Below the pieces are notes generated by a model. It was given only the letters and a program-made list of their open reading frames with translations. It searched no databases and had not been told where the DNA came from. From NCBI RefSeq assembly GCF_009914755.1, contig NC_060944.1: a DNA stretch of 64,000 nucleotides; one strand, 5' to 3'. Numbering within the stretch: position 1 is the first letter of the stretch; each line of letters opens with the position of its first letter. A program made the translations under genes and the position numbers. Shown here piece by piece: positions 47,538 through 60,907 of this stretch. This DNA is from the human T2T-CHM13v2.0 reference genome, Homo sapiens.

Positions 47538-49931
47538 GGGCAACAGCAACGAGCCACGCTGGCAAACAATGAAAGTAGAGTCGCTCAGAAACACGAAAGA
47601 TCATATGTGTGTCATCACAGCATCGAGAATTTAAATCATCTGGAAGTTCCTGCTAAATTAAAGCATACTGTGCCAGAGCTCCCCTCTAATCAAAAAACGC
47701 TGTCCTGGTGAAAATTTGCAATGAGGATTACAGAGAGAGAGATCAACCAGTGAGGAAATCACAGACTCTTACATGAGTTTACAGTTAACCCCACTGCAAC
47801 AAAATAATAAATTAGCCATAATTTGTTTTTTTTGCAAATACCATGCCCCCCACCTGACCCCACAAACACAACAGTCACTGACATGGCCCAGCTATATTAA
47901 CAGACTGCGCCTCAAACCATGCTGTGGCGGAGAAGACAGATTCACGGGTAATGCCGCTTTGGCCTGAGAAGATGCTTCGGAGCTCCAGGTGGAGGAGCTG
48001 CTCACGCTGCAGGATGCTTTGCAGGTTCATTCAAAACCAAATTTTTTTCCAAGAAGAACTGGACATAATTCATGGGAATATTTTAAGTATATATAAGTGG
48101 CAAAAAAGCTGTACATTAAAAGAAGGGGGAGAAATAAAATGTGTTGTATTTACAAAGCTCTTTGTATATTTTTTTAAATGAAAACAAAGCTGGGAGTGAT
48201 AGAATTTTAATGCAATGAAAACCAAATAATTCTTCAAAAAACTTTAGATGACATCATTCTCTCGCTCTTTCACACACACACACACCCCCCACACACTTCA
48301 AACATACAGAAAAGGTTAAAGATAAAAATAGCTGATAGGTGTTTAAGTAGGATGGAGCAGAAGAATGTACATGTCCCATTTGCAATTTTGGCAAAGGTTT
48401 AAAATGCTGCCCTAAAGGCACGCACGCATGCCCAGCCTACCCCAGTAAAAACAAGACAAAGTATAAAAAGAAAAGTCTGGCGGGGGGTGGGGGAGGCATT
48501 AGCATATCAATTTCCAATGAGCACAAAATTCAAAATACATTAAAAAGTAGCATGGCTTACATTTTCAGCAGAGAAGAAACTGAGGAAATGTTCATAAAGA
48601 GACAATGATTTTTAAGATTTACTGTCACAAAAAAAAAAGGGTTTCACTTCAGGGGAGTGGAACTGGGATGGGAATTTTACAATGCTAGTTCCAGCACGTG
48701 GTCTAATGGCCCCAGGGGCTGGAAAAGGGAGGTCTGCTCCAACTTTAAGATGCGCCCTTGGGATGCCTTCCAAGCAGCTGGAGTTAGTGCCACCTGTCTC
48801 ACCTGGCACCACAGGCAACACACATGTGCACACGCATGCTTTCAAAATGAGGATCAAAACTGTCCCACATAAGAAATTACTCAAGATGGAAAAACTAGTC
48901 TGGTGATTTTCTTAGAGAAAAAAAAAGAGAGACAAAAAGGAAGGGGTGGGGGGAGGGGGAAGAAACCAAATAGATCCTGCTTCCCCCTGTCACACAACCA
49001 TCATCAAAAGACATATGAACAATAATAAAATAGTAATAGAAGTTCTTACTCTGGCAGAAATAGCTAGTGTTGTCAGAGGGCGCAGGGAGCTGTGAGTTTT
49101 GCTTTCAGGAAAAGTGTTCAAACAGTGCTGACTGTGTACCTCAAGGCCCTCTGACCTCAAATTAAATTGGCTGTCAAAGACTTACGGCCCATGGAGCTCC
49201 CAGGTGACAGTGTCAATGGCGCTTTATGTAAGTTCTTTCCAGATTGATGAACCAAGAAAAAGGTCAACTGAATCCTTATGCTTAAGGTTTACAAACTCAG
49301 GAGAGTTTCTTGTATAGTAACTCTAGTTTCTTGTTTGCTTATTTCTTTGTCTTCCCCACCACAACTAAGATGACCTCCGAGAAGTACCCAGGCGCCCCTG
49401 GGGTTCTCTGCTGGGCTTACAGTCTGATTGTGCAGGTAAAGATCGTGTCCTCTCACCGGACTGCATCCTCCTGCCTTTGCGTCTCCAGTGTCTGAGAAGC
49501 ACGGTGTGTGCATTCCTAGGTGTTCAGGGACCGTCCAGTGAATGGCGTCAGCCAGCTGCCCACTGATGGGATGGGCCAACGACGTGGCAGTTTGCACTTG
49601 AGTGTCGGTACTTCTCACCCTTGACCGCCTCCGCCCCAGTGCGGCTGAGACAACAGAGTAAAAAGGTTTGTGGAGAACACTGACGAGTACCTTCCACTTC
49701 CAACTATGGCTTCTTCAGCCCCTCCTGGGAGCATTCTCCCTTGAAGATGTCAATCAGTATCTTAAGCGTTGGCTTTAAAAGTCAACTTGTGCACCTCAAT
49801 CAAAATTGAGAATTAAGGAAAAGGCCAGGGAGACCATCTTCATTCTGCTTCTGCTGGAAACCTCTAAAACTTTCTGACGAGGCTCCCACACGCCCTGCCT
49901 GCAGGAGCCAGCATCCCGAATCTCCGAGCAA

Positions 49932-50053
49932 AGCCAGGTACAGGGTTTGCAAAGTCTAAACAGGACTATCTTAAGACTTCCCAGCGTTACAGAGCCAGGT
50001 TCAGCATCTGCAAAGTCTAAACGGGACTATCTTAAGACTTGCCAGTGTTACAG
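49932..50053. repeat. Tandem duplication, 2 x 61 bp, in the ATP9A 3' UTR
   Basis: Units 49932-49992 and 49993-50053 share agccaggt.cag..t.tgcaaagtctaaac.ggactatcttaagactt.ccag.gttacag. Confidence 0.95.
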
Positions 50054-51545
50054 ACTGATTTCCAAGAAAACGGAGGCTTAAAAACTTCCAGCACAAATTT
50101 CTCCTCCACCTTTGAAAACACAGAAACTCACTCAATGAATACGTCAGATTTGCTCAATCTTTCTGAAATTTTTGGACAAAGATCCTATCCTTAACTATTC
50201 ACTCAATACATCTTTTCTGCCGACCTTTTCCCTCTGGCAGAAATGGCTGAATCAGATAGAGAAAAGTACTGCAAAACTGCAGAATCATAAGACAAAATAG
50301 ATGTGGTGTCAACAGCCAATTAACCAGTACCTGCAACGTAAAGTCATTCTAGAACATTTTAAAAGGACAACACAAAATACAAAAGCTTATCAAGAGTGCT
50401 CCAAAGGCAAGGGACTATCTGATCCTCGTGTCTCCAGCTCTCCAAGAGCAGGAGTTAGTAGGCATCAGAAACCAGGCTGTGATGTACATCTCTGAAGCAC
50501 ACAGAAGTAGCGCCAGGCAGAGGGTTTGAAGGATATGTATTCATCAAGAAGTAAACGCAAATCCAAGATCTCAACCACACTTGGCTCTTAAAGATCCACC
50601 AACTTAACCCTTATGGCATGCATATGTGGCTTCTGCAAGAAGCAACTTGAAAACCCAAGAATGCCTTGCTCTACCACGTCCCGCGACTGCAAACTCCCTT
50701 CCTCTGAAACAAGCAGCCACAGCTTTATAAGAAACATGCCGGCATGTAGTCCATCCTGGGAGGGGAGAAATCTTCACCACTGGCTGCCTTTCAGCAAGTT
50801 CCCCTTGAAATCTGCCGGCAGTGGAACAGATCCCAGATCCCAACGCTGTAGCTTGGGCGTCCTCCCACCAGGGGTTCCTTGTTCTGAAAGCTGCCACCAG
50901 TGTTGTTCCGAAAGATGCCTCTGCCTTTGTGGGGTCATCTTCCATTATGCCTCCTAACAGGAAACAGGCTTCTATGGAAGAGAAGAGTCCCAGCCCCCTG
51001 ACCTTTCCGCTTTGGTCTTGGAGGATCTGAGTCACATCTGCCATGTTGCCTAAAGAATTAGTTGAGTCTCTTATCACACTGTCGACACATTTAGGGGCCA
51101 TTCAGTGGCACGTTTCCTGCTAAAACAACTCTGCTGAAAATGTCTGAGGTCCTTCTCAAACAGCCACTGGCTTTGTGATTGTTACCAGGTCCCAATAAAG
51201 CGGGATCACACCTCTGAAATTCTTTTACGAGGTGGCAGGTGAAGTTAACTCACACACTATGGATGCTGAATCAGATCAAGGATAACAGATTGGACTTAGG
51301 ACACTCTCTCTCCCTCTCCTCTCATTTACTGGTTACGATCCCAGGAATCCAGTGTAACCTGGATAAGCAGGGCTGGCTGGAGACGATACTGAGCATTTCC
51401 GAATGGAGATTATTGTGTGGATAACTTTTTACCAAATGTCACTGTCTTTTCCTCCCAAACCGACACCAAGAGCTTTCTATTTTTCTGACACCTCTTTGTA
51501 AGAGCAAGAAAGACATAAAGAGTACATACACATTAGGACTCTTTA

Positions 51546-51548
<3 letters not shown>

Positions 51549-51586
<38 letters not shown>
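51549..51586 (+). repeat. (AC)19 microsatellite, read as (GU)n in ATP9A mRNA
   Basis: Read directly from the sequence. Confidence 0.97.
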
Positions 51587-51588
<2 letters not shown>

Positions 51589-51951
51589 GCCTTCTACAAC
51601 CTTCAGCTACACAGAAACTTTTATCATGTGACAACAAAATTCAAGTCATAAGGAAGCTCGCACAGTGACCCATATAAATCTCCCAGCTGAGCCACCAGCT
51701 TTAACATATTCATATTCACCTAAACATGAAGAACGAGGGGTTCAGACAGGCCCAGATGGGTCTCTTTCAGGACCCTCCCTCCCGTTGATGCAGCGTTAGG
51801 ACTCCGTTTAGGCGCAGAGCCACTTCCCATTAAAACTGCATGTGTTAGCAATTACTGCAAAATCCACAGGTGGCGGTTAATATAAATGGAACTTGAGCTC
51901 TGTCCATCAGGGAAGCGCCAAGACCAGGGCCCCCTCCAGCGAACGCACGGC

Positions 51952-52088
51952 CTATGATGTGAGCTTTGAGTAGCTGGGGGGAGAGAACCGTCTTCGCAGG
52001 TACTTGAGGACATAGAGGGGGAGGCAGCTGACCAGAGTGATGACGGAGACTTTCCACAAGAATGACAAGGTGGCGATGAAGTACACAT
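51952..52088 (-). CDS. ATP9A: ATP9A last exon, coding part: (D)[44 protein letters not shown]
   Basis: cttcccctttccttgcag|AT GTG TAC ... ACA TCA TAG. The C-terminal FSPPSYSKL is characteristic of ATP9/Neo1-type flippases. Confidence 0.97.
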
Positions 52089-52366
52089 CTGCAAGGAAAG
52101 GGGAAGACGGCAGTGAGCAGGCAGGAATATTCCGGAAGGTGCATGGGGTCCAGAAACAGGCGTCACAACTATCAAAGGGAAAGTCATCTCCCGTCACAAA
52201 CCCACAGCCTCCTGGCATTGGCCCTCTTTCTCCATGGACTGTAAGGGAAGGTACCATGGCTAAGAGCACACAGCGCCGCAGCTTGATTTTCCTCGCTCTC
52301 TCTTCTGTAGCTTCCTGACAGTGAAATGCTACTTTTAACACCCAGGAGAAGAAAACTATGGGGGCC

Positions 52367-52667
52367 ACCAGATGCAGTGGCTCATGCCTTAATCCCAGCA
52401 CTCTGGGAGGCCAAGGCGGGCAGAAGAATTGAACCCAGGAGTTTGAGACCAGCTTGGGCAACACAGCAAAACCCTGTCTCTACAAAAAATACAAAAACTA
52501 GCCAGGCATGGTGGTACATGCCTATAGTCCCAGCTGTTCAGGAGGCTGAGGTGGGAGGATCATCTGAGCCCGGGGAGCTTGAGACTGCAGTGAGCCAACA
52601 TTGCACCACCGCACTCCACCCTGGGCAACAGAATAAGACACTGTCTCAAAAAAAAGAGAAAAAAAGA
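52367..52667 (+). mobile_element. AluJ-like element in the last ATP9A intron
   Basis: Diverged Alu consensus with an A-rich tail. Confidence 0.88.
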
Positions 52668-54432
52668 AGGAAAGAAAATTACAGGGGAAGAAAACTCAGA
52701 GATGCTTTTGATTTGGTGTTGTCTAACAGTTGGAGAGTCTTTCTAAGTCCCGGCCACTGGCGAGCAGAAAATGACATTCAAATGCACCCTCTGCTTCCAG
52801 TGATGGTCGCAGAAAGCCACAGGATGAGTCTGGGTCATGGTGCAAAGTGTTCAGACCCCCTTGTCAGAGAAAGGCTTAAGCTGACCCTCAGGGACTCTGA
52901 TGGAAGGTGGGGGGGGCGGGCGTACTGCCTTTCCTGCTGCAGGATTATAAACCCGGTTATGAGGTTTTCTTAAGAGAGGAGTGACAGTTTGTGGCTTTCA
53001 ATATAGCAGAAGCCAGAATAAGCCCCTTCTCCACTTTCTGAGCACAGGATGCTGAAATGCAGCTGCCACTGAGGCAGCACCTACTAAGTGCCAGGCCCAA
53101 GGCTCAACTCACCCTGTGGTTTTCCTACACCTCTGACCCGGTCCTGTGGTGTGTCCCTATCACAAACAAGCTGAGCTTCCTGAGCAGGGGCCACATCTCT
53201 GTGACCACCTCAGGCCCAAGCCTTTGAGCACATACTAGGTCTCACAAAACGCTTTCTAGAGACTAGTGACAAGGGTGAAACTGCTTTAAAACTCCACTGT
53301 TCACAGGGATGCTCCTTTAGTTCCTGGAGCGCACAGTAAATGCTCACAAATCCTTTCTAGAAACTGGGGCTGCAACTGTGAAACCTTTACTTTTCAGGGG
53401 ATGTTTCTTTTACCTTTACTAAAACCTTCCTAAGGAGCTTTGGAAGCTGGCAAAAGAGCCGCGATCAAAGATGCTTCCAGGGTAAGGTCGAGTTTCTCTG
53501 CCTTTTTGTTGTTATTGCCCCTTAAGGAACATTTTTAGACTTTTCTTCTTCTCCTAATTGACCACCTCCATGACATGTTAATGTCACAGGTATACTGTGT
53601 ATCTGTTTATAATATTATATATACATCTCCTTTATACGTAAAAGGTTAGGGTTTGTTCACACCCCACCAAAGACCACTGTTTGTTCCCCAGGCGGTGGGG
53701 TCCACACCACCCCCACTGAGAAGGCCTGAGGTAAAGGAGCAAGGGATGGGCCATTGCTAGAGAGCCTGGGCCCTGCAGGTTTCCCACGGAGGATGGGGCG
53801 TGAGGGGGTTGTCATAACTGAAAGTTTCCCCCAGAGAGAGTCTATCCTGCAATCCTGAACACACATGAGCTTCTTAGCAGAGAAGCAGCCTCCGGGCCCT
53901 GCTCCCCCAGCTGATAAAGGAGAAACAGTATCACTCTTGAGGGTTTTTTGTTTGAATAACACAGACAGAAAATTAAATGCTCCTACTGAGGAGGAAAGAG
54001 GTGTAAAGAGGACTGTCTGCTAAACCAGCTAGACTTTCAGGATGACCCCTGGCCCTGAGGTTCCAAAGCCATAGCGGCTTGAGTTTGCCCCGTGCGGGGG
54101 AAACCAAGATTAGAGTTCAGAATCTATCCACAGCACAACACAGAAAATGCTGGATCATCTGAACCGTGCCCGTGTTGCAAGTTCTAGTTGAACTAGAAAC
54201 AGGTTTCTAGACAGGAATTAAAGCCCGTGTCAGCACCCGATGGGGTCCGTAGCATAGCATGGGGTCATCTTGGTGGCCCTGCAGGGACATGTGGCTCAAT
54301 CAATTGGGAAGAAATTAACTGATATGGCAAAGCAAGTGAGGTCAGCATGGAAGAGTGATGAAACCAGGCTTGTCCATCTAGAGACAGTGGCTGACGCTGG
54401 ACAAGCCCAAGAGTACCTGGAATCACTACTGA

Positions 54433-54814
<382 letters not shown>

Positions 54815-55551
54815 TCCATAACATTTTTTATTTGGGGTGTGCCTGGGCGTCTAGCACCTCACCCCATTTTTCTCTCTTGGTAACTTTGATCACATCTGAT
54901 ATTCCTGTGCTCACACTCACTTATGTGTGTTTATCGTGTGTTCCCAACGAGAAGGGCAGCTCCCTGGCGAGCCCGTCCACCTCATCTGCCACCATAATCC
55001 TGGCACACGGCAGGTGCTCCCACGTCTACGGAACTGGCGAGTACCTTCAGCACTTGGTTTGCTGTGAGGAGCAGCAGATTGTATTCTGAGATCCCTGGAG
55101 TCCCTCAGGAGCTCTATCAGGACACAGCAGCAAGGCAGGGCTGCACGGGCAAGGTTCTGGGGCTCGGCACCTCCCAGCACTGCCACTTTGCTATCACAAG
55201 TCCCCTTTTATCAGTTTCATAGATTGGACTTCAGATTAAGATTTCATGGGAACAAAAAGATTTTGTGGCCCCAAAAAGGTGACAGAGCAAGACTCCGACT
55301 CAAAAAGAAAAACAAAAACACTGTCTACTGCAATCACGCCCTCTGTCCTCAATTTCACACCCTGAGGCACAACTACCACCTGTCCCTAGAGAACACCTGT
55401 TAAGAAAACGTGGACAGCTGAGCGGGAAGGACTGCTGGAGGAAGAGCCCAGGCCGAGCGCTGGGAACCCCCCTTCCTTCATACGGCAGTGAGACCTCTGG
55501 GCCAGATTCACTGGGGGTGACGGACGGGGTTTAAGCATTCAGGGGTCTTAC

Positions 55552-55755
55552 CGATGAACTCGTGTAAGAACACCAGGGAGGCGATGTAGCAGGCCAGGCT
55601 GAGCAGCTCCGCCACTGTCATGAGCCAGTGCCAGGTCTGGATGGTCAGCGCCACCATGAGCAGCTCGGTGAGGATCAGCGAGGTGAAGGAGATGGCCACG
55701 ATGTGCACGAACTCCGACTCAAACAGCAGCAGCGCCCCGTACATGATGGTGCTCC
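55552..55755 (-). CDS. ATP9A: ATP9A penultimate coding exon: [67 protein letters not shown]
   Basis: gtttgcag|GG AGC ACC ... TTC ATC G|gtaaga. 204 nt, phase 1 to 1, encoding transmembrane segments. Confidence 0.97.
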
Positions 55756-56071
55756 CTGCAAACACCAGAGAAGGGTATTCCCCTCACCCTCCCTGCGAAA
55801 GCCGTGCGCTGCTCGCCTACACCTGGCTCCTTTCCGCAGTTTTCATTTAGACATGAAAGGCATCACTTGTTACATGAGGTTAATGACTGGTGCTTTATGC
55901 AGGTCTGAACCTATGGTTTTCTGATTTTCCTCTTTGACCTTGTAGGATAAATAATCTTTAACTACAAAGTGAGAAAAAGGGAGAAAAAAGGAAGTAAGGC
56001 AGGGAGGGGAGTATCTAGAGTTGATGAAAGAAATAGAAAGTTAAATATAATATTTAAAATGATGGAGTCGC

Positions 56072-57780
<1,709 letters not shown>

Positions 57781-58261
57781 TATATGTAAATTTAAAAGAG
57801 TTAGGAAAAATAAATACAAACAGAAGTTTTGCTATTTTCTTCTTATATTCCAACAGGTCATCTTACAACGCCTCCACAGTCTGGGAAGACCCCCCTCTGG
57901 AGGCCACTGAGGTAAACATGTTTTTCCAAAACTACGACTTGACCTGACTCTCAGAAAAGGTTTCAGAACATCCCAGAAAGCATCTGCTTTTTGCCTCATG
58001 AGTGGAGCAGCCCCACAGGCTTTGATTACTGTCCACTGCCTTCCTCTGGCTTCACTACCTCATTTCTCACACAGCAGCACTGTGCATGTCTGATGTTCAA
58101 GTCCTTATACAGGGTGAGCAGGGTCTCCCCTGGGTCCCACTGCCACCCTCCTTCCTGCTATTTCAGATTCGTTTCTTCTCTTCTTGTTCTACAGGCAAGA
58201 AGGGGACACCCTGAGTCAGTACCAGAGCACAAGACAAACAGGTGTCTCCACTCATCCTTAC

Positions 58262-58319
58262 CTTGATAGATGCTAATCAAAACCCATATTAAGAATGTCT
58301 TGTAGGACAACGGCCGTCC
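58262..58319 (-). CDS. ATP9A: ATP9A coding exon (third from last): [20 protein letters not shown]
   Basis: tctctcattcag|GGA CGG CCG ... TAT CAA G|gtaagg. 58 nt, phase 0 to 1, frame-compatible with both neighbours. Confidence 0.96.
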
Positions 58320-58436
58320 CTGAATGAGAGACAGAGAAAGGTTAGAGCCGGTTTCGCGGGGGGCTCACGCAGCATGCCATCAGCTTTCACGTTATTCTCC
58401 CGCTAACGAGATAAGGCAACCCATCTGTCTTCATCA

Positions 58437-58945
<509 letters not shown>

Positions 58946-59253
58946 TTAAGTTGCAACTGCAAAGCGGAACTGTCAGGGGCTTTTTGCAAGTCGTGAGTTG
59001 GCTTGTTTTCAGTTTATCTATTACTGTACTTTTTCACGTTCTTTATACCAGTGAATATATTACTGCTTTAAGAAAAAATGTAAACTCCCACACCTTCCCC
59101 CCAAAAGTAAAAAAGCTACCAGTTCAAGTGTGTTCAAATCAGAATTGGAGGGTCTGTGTGAAATAAATTCAAAGAAAAAAAGCAGGGAGGGAGGGAAGGA
59201 AGGGAAAAGCAAAGGAGGAAAGGAGGAAGGAGGGACTGAAAAGCTAACAGAAC

Positions 59254-59362
59254 CTTGAGAAGATCCTTGTAGAGCTCAGGATACAGCATGGCAACTTCCG
59301 ATTTGACATCTTTGTCCAGGACCAGAGAAAACACAGGAAACATGGTGTAAATTGTGGAGTAC
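59254..59362 (-). CDS. ATP9A: ATP9A coding exon (fourth from last): [36 protein letters not shown]
   Basis: tttctctctcccag|G TAC TCC ... CTC AAG|gttctg. 109 nt, phase 2 to 0. Contains the class-2 P4-ATPase [13 protein letters not shown] and LYPELY motifs. Confidence 0.97.
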
Positions 59363-59655
59363 CTGGGAGAGAAAACCGCCATAGGTAAGACCTGGCTGAC
59401 GCGATAGGAGCTATGTGCTGTGCCAGCCTCCGGCACCCAAGTCCCAACCATGCCTCTAACAAATATTTACTGCTTGTCTATTATGCTCCGGGGCTGGCTG
59501 TAAGCACCAGAAACCCATGAGCAAAAATGGACAAAAATGTCTGCCCTGAAGAGCTTTCATCCCGGTCAGCGAGTCAATAAACAAATAAATTAGGTAAACT
59601 CTATGTGTGTTAGAGAAGTGCTAAAGAGAAAAATATAATGGGGTAGAGGAAATAA

Positions 59656-59658
<3 letters not shown>

Positions 59659-59696
<38 letters not shown>
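59659..59696 (+). repeat. (GT)19 microsatellite, read as (CA)n in ATP9A pre-mRNA
   Basis: Read directly; lies within L2-like sequence. Confidence 0.97.
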
Positions 59697-59698
<2 letters not shown>

Positions 59699-60842
59699 GG
59701 GGTGATGGTACAATTTTAGAGGCTGAGGAACAGAACATTTGAGTGAACACCCACAAAAGGTGAGGGCCAGCCAAGCCAATCCCAGGAGGAAGAGCATTCC
59801 AGGGAGAAGGAACCACCAGTGCAAAGGCACTGAGGCGGGAGTGGCTGTCATGTCTGAAGAACAGCCATAAGGCCAGTGGGGCTGGGGCTGAGGGCGACGG
59901 AAGAGGAAATGAGGACCCACGGGAAAGATGGGACCAGACCACGGAAGGTCGCACGGCGCACAGCTCAGGGAACCCCTGACTATATTCTGTAATGTTCTTG
60001 TACTCTTCCAGAACCCGACGAAAGACAGCCCGCTTTTCCAGTTAGAAGCAGGCAGAATTCTAGTGCCTCCTCTCAGGCTGAACTCATCAGCCAACACAGT
60101 AGGATGGAAAGCGGACTCTGTGAGACTCTCCAGAGCGCAGCTGACCTTCCCGCACCCGCCGTCTCCTCATAACCAGAAGTGGCCTCAGCTGCATGTGTCT
60201 GTATCTAGGGCACTCGGTAACCAAACTCCACCTACCTGGGTGATTCAGAGACTGAGCACATTCTCTGAAAAGGTCAGAAGGATCATCCTGAAGTTCCAGG
60301 TCAGTAATGGGGGTGGGTTTGCAGGCTGCAAAGGCCCAAGTGACACCATCTCTGTCACTGTGGCACAGCAGCCAAGCTCTGTTACTTGCACATCCCCGAG
60401 GCAGTGGACTCTGGCCCTCCCTGGAGCTCCAAGGATGGGACTTCTACTGGGCTCAGTTCAGGCCAGGAGGGCATTTTTCAGATCCCCCACCCCTTTTTAT
60501 TAAGACCCCAGTGAAATCACCAAGTCTGCAAACCTTCCACCTTGCTCTCCTCAATCAACTGATAACTCTGGAGTATTTTTTCAAGACCAGGTACAAATGG
60601 CAAAGTGCAACACACCACACACATCTCCAACTCCACTTCCTCCATCTGGTTAAGGGCTTAACAGCTCAAAACCTTGTTAATTGAAGGAGGTTCTAAACCA
60701 TGGTGCTGGGCCTGCATTCGCTGGGGCTGGGAATCCAATGTGGCTTGGGAACCCAAGAATTTTTCCACCACGTTTCTTCTCTCTGTTGCAGCATTTGAAG
60801 AAGGTTTTGTAAACAATTAATTCCTTGGCAGGATTTCCTTAC

Positions 60843-60907
60843 CCAATGATGAGGAATCCTTGATAGAGAGGGACGGAGGCAAAGTAAAACACGGAGGAAA
60901 AGACAGC
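60843..60907 (-). CDS. ATP9A: ATP9A internal coding exon (fifth from last): [22 protein letters not shown]
   Basis: cttggcacag|GCT GTC TTT ... ATC ATT GG|gtaagg. 65 nt, phase 0 to 2. The GG joins the G of the next exon to give Gly. Hydrophobic P4-ATPase transmembrane sequence. Confidence 0.95.

Larger units (their letters stand above)
47515..51951 (-). other. ATP9A: ATP9A long 3' UTR (~4.4 kb)
   Basis: Continuous Alu-free sequence from the stop codon to a canonical AATAAA, with an AU/U-rich distal part. The 3' end is approximate. Confidence 0.85.

Noticed and set aside
50604-51101. 165 aa AUG-initiated ORF in the ATP9A 3' UTR
   Set aside because: No recognisable homology or coding signature. 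It lies downstream of the stop codon and would need Ribo-seq or PhyloCSF support.
52089-52464. N-terminal extension of the 170 aa ORF 51952-52464, and similar extensions of ORFs 55508-55765 and 59134-59451
   Set aside because: These are intron or Alu read-through. Canonical splice sites delimit the true exons.
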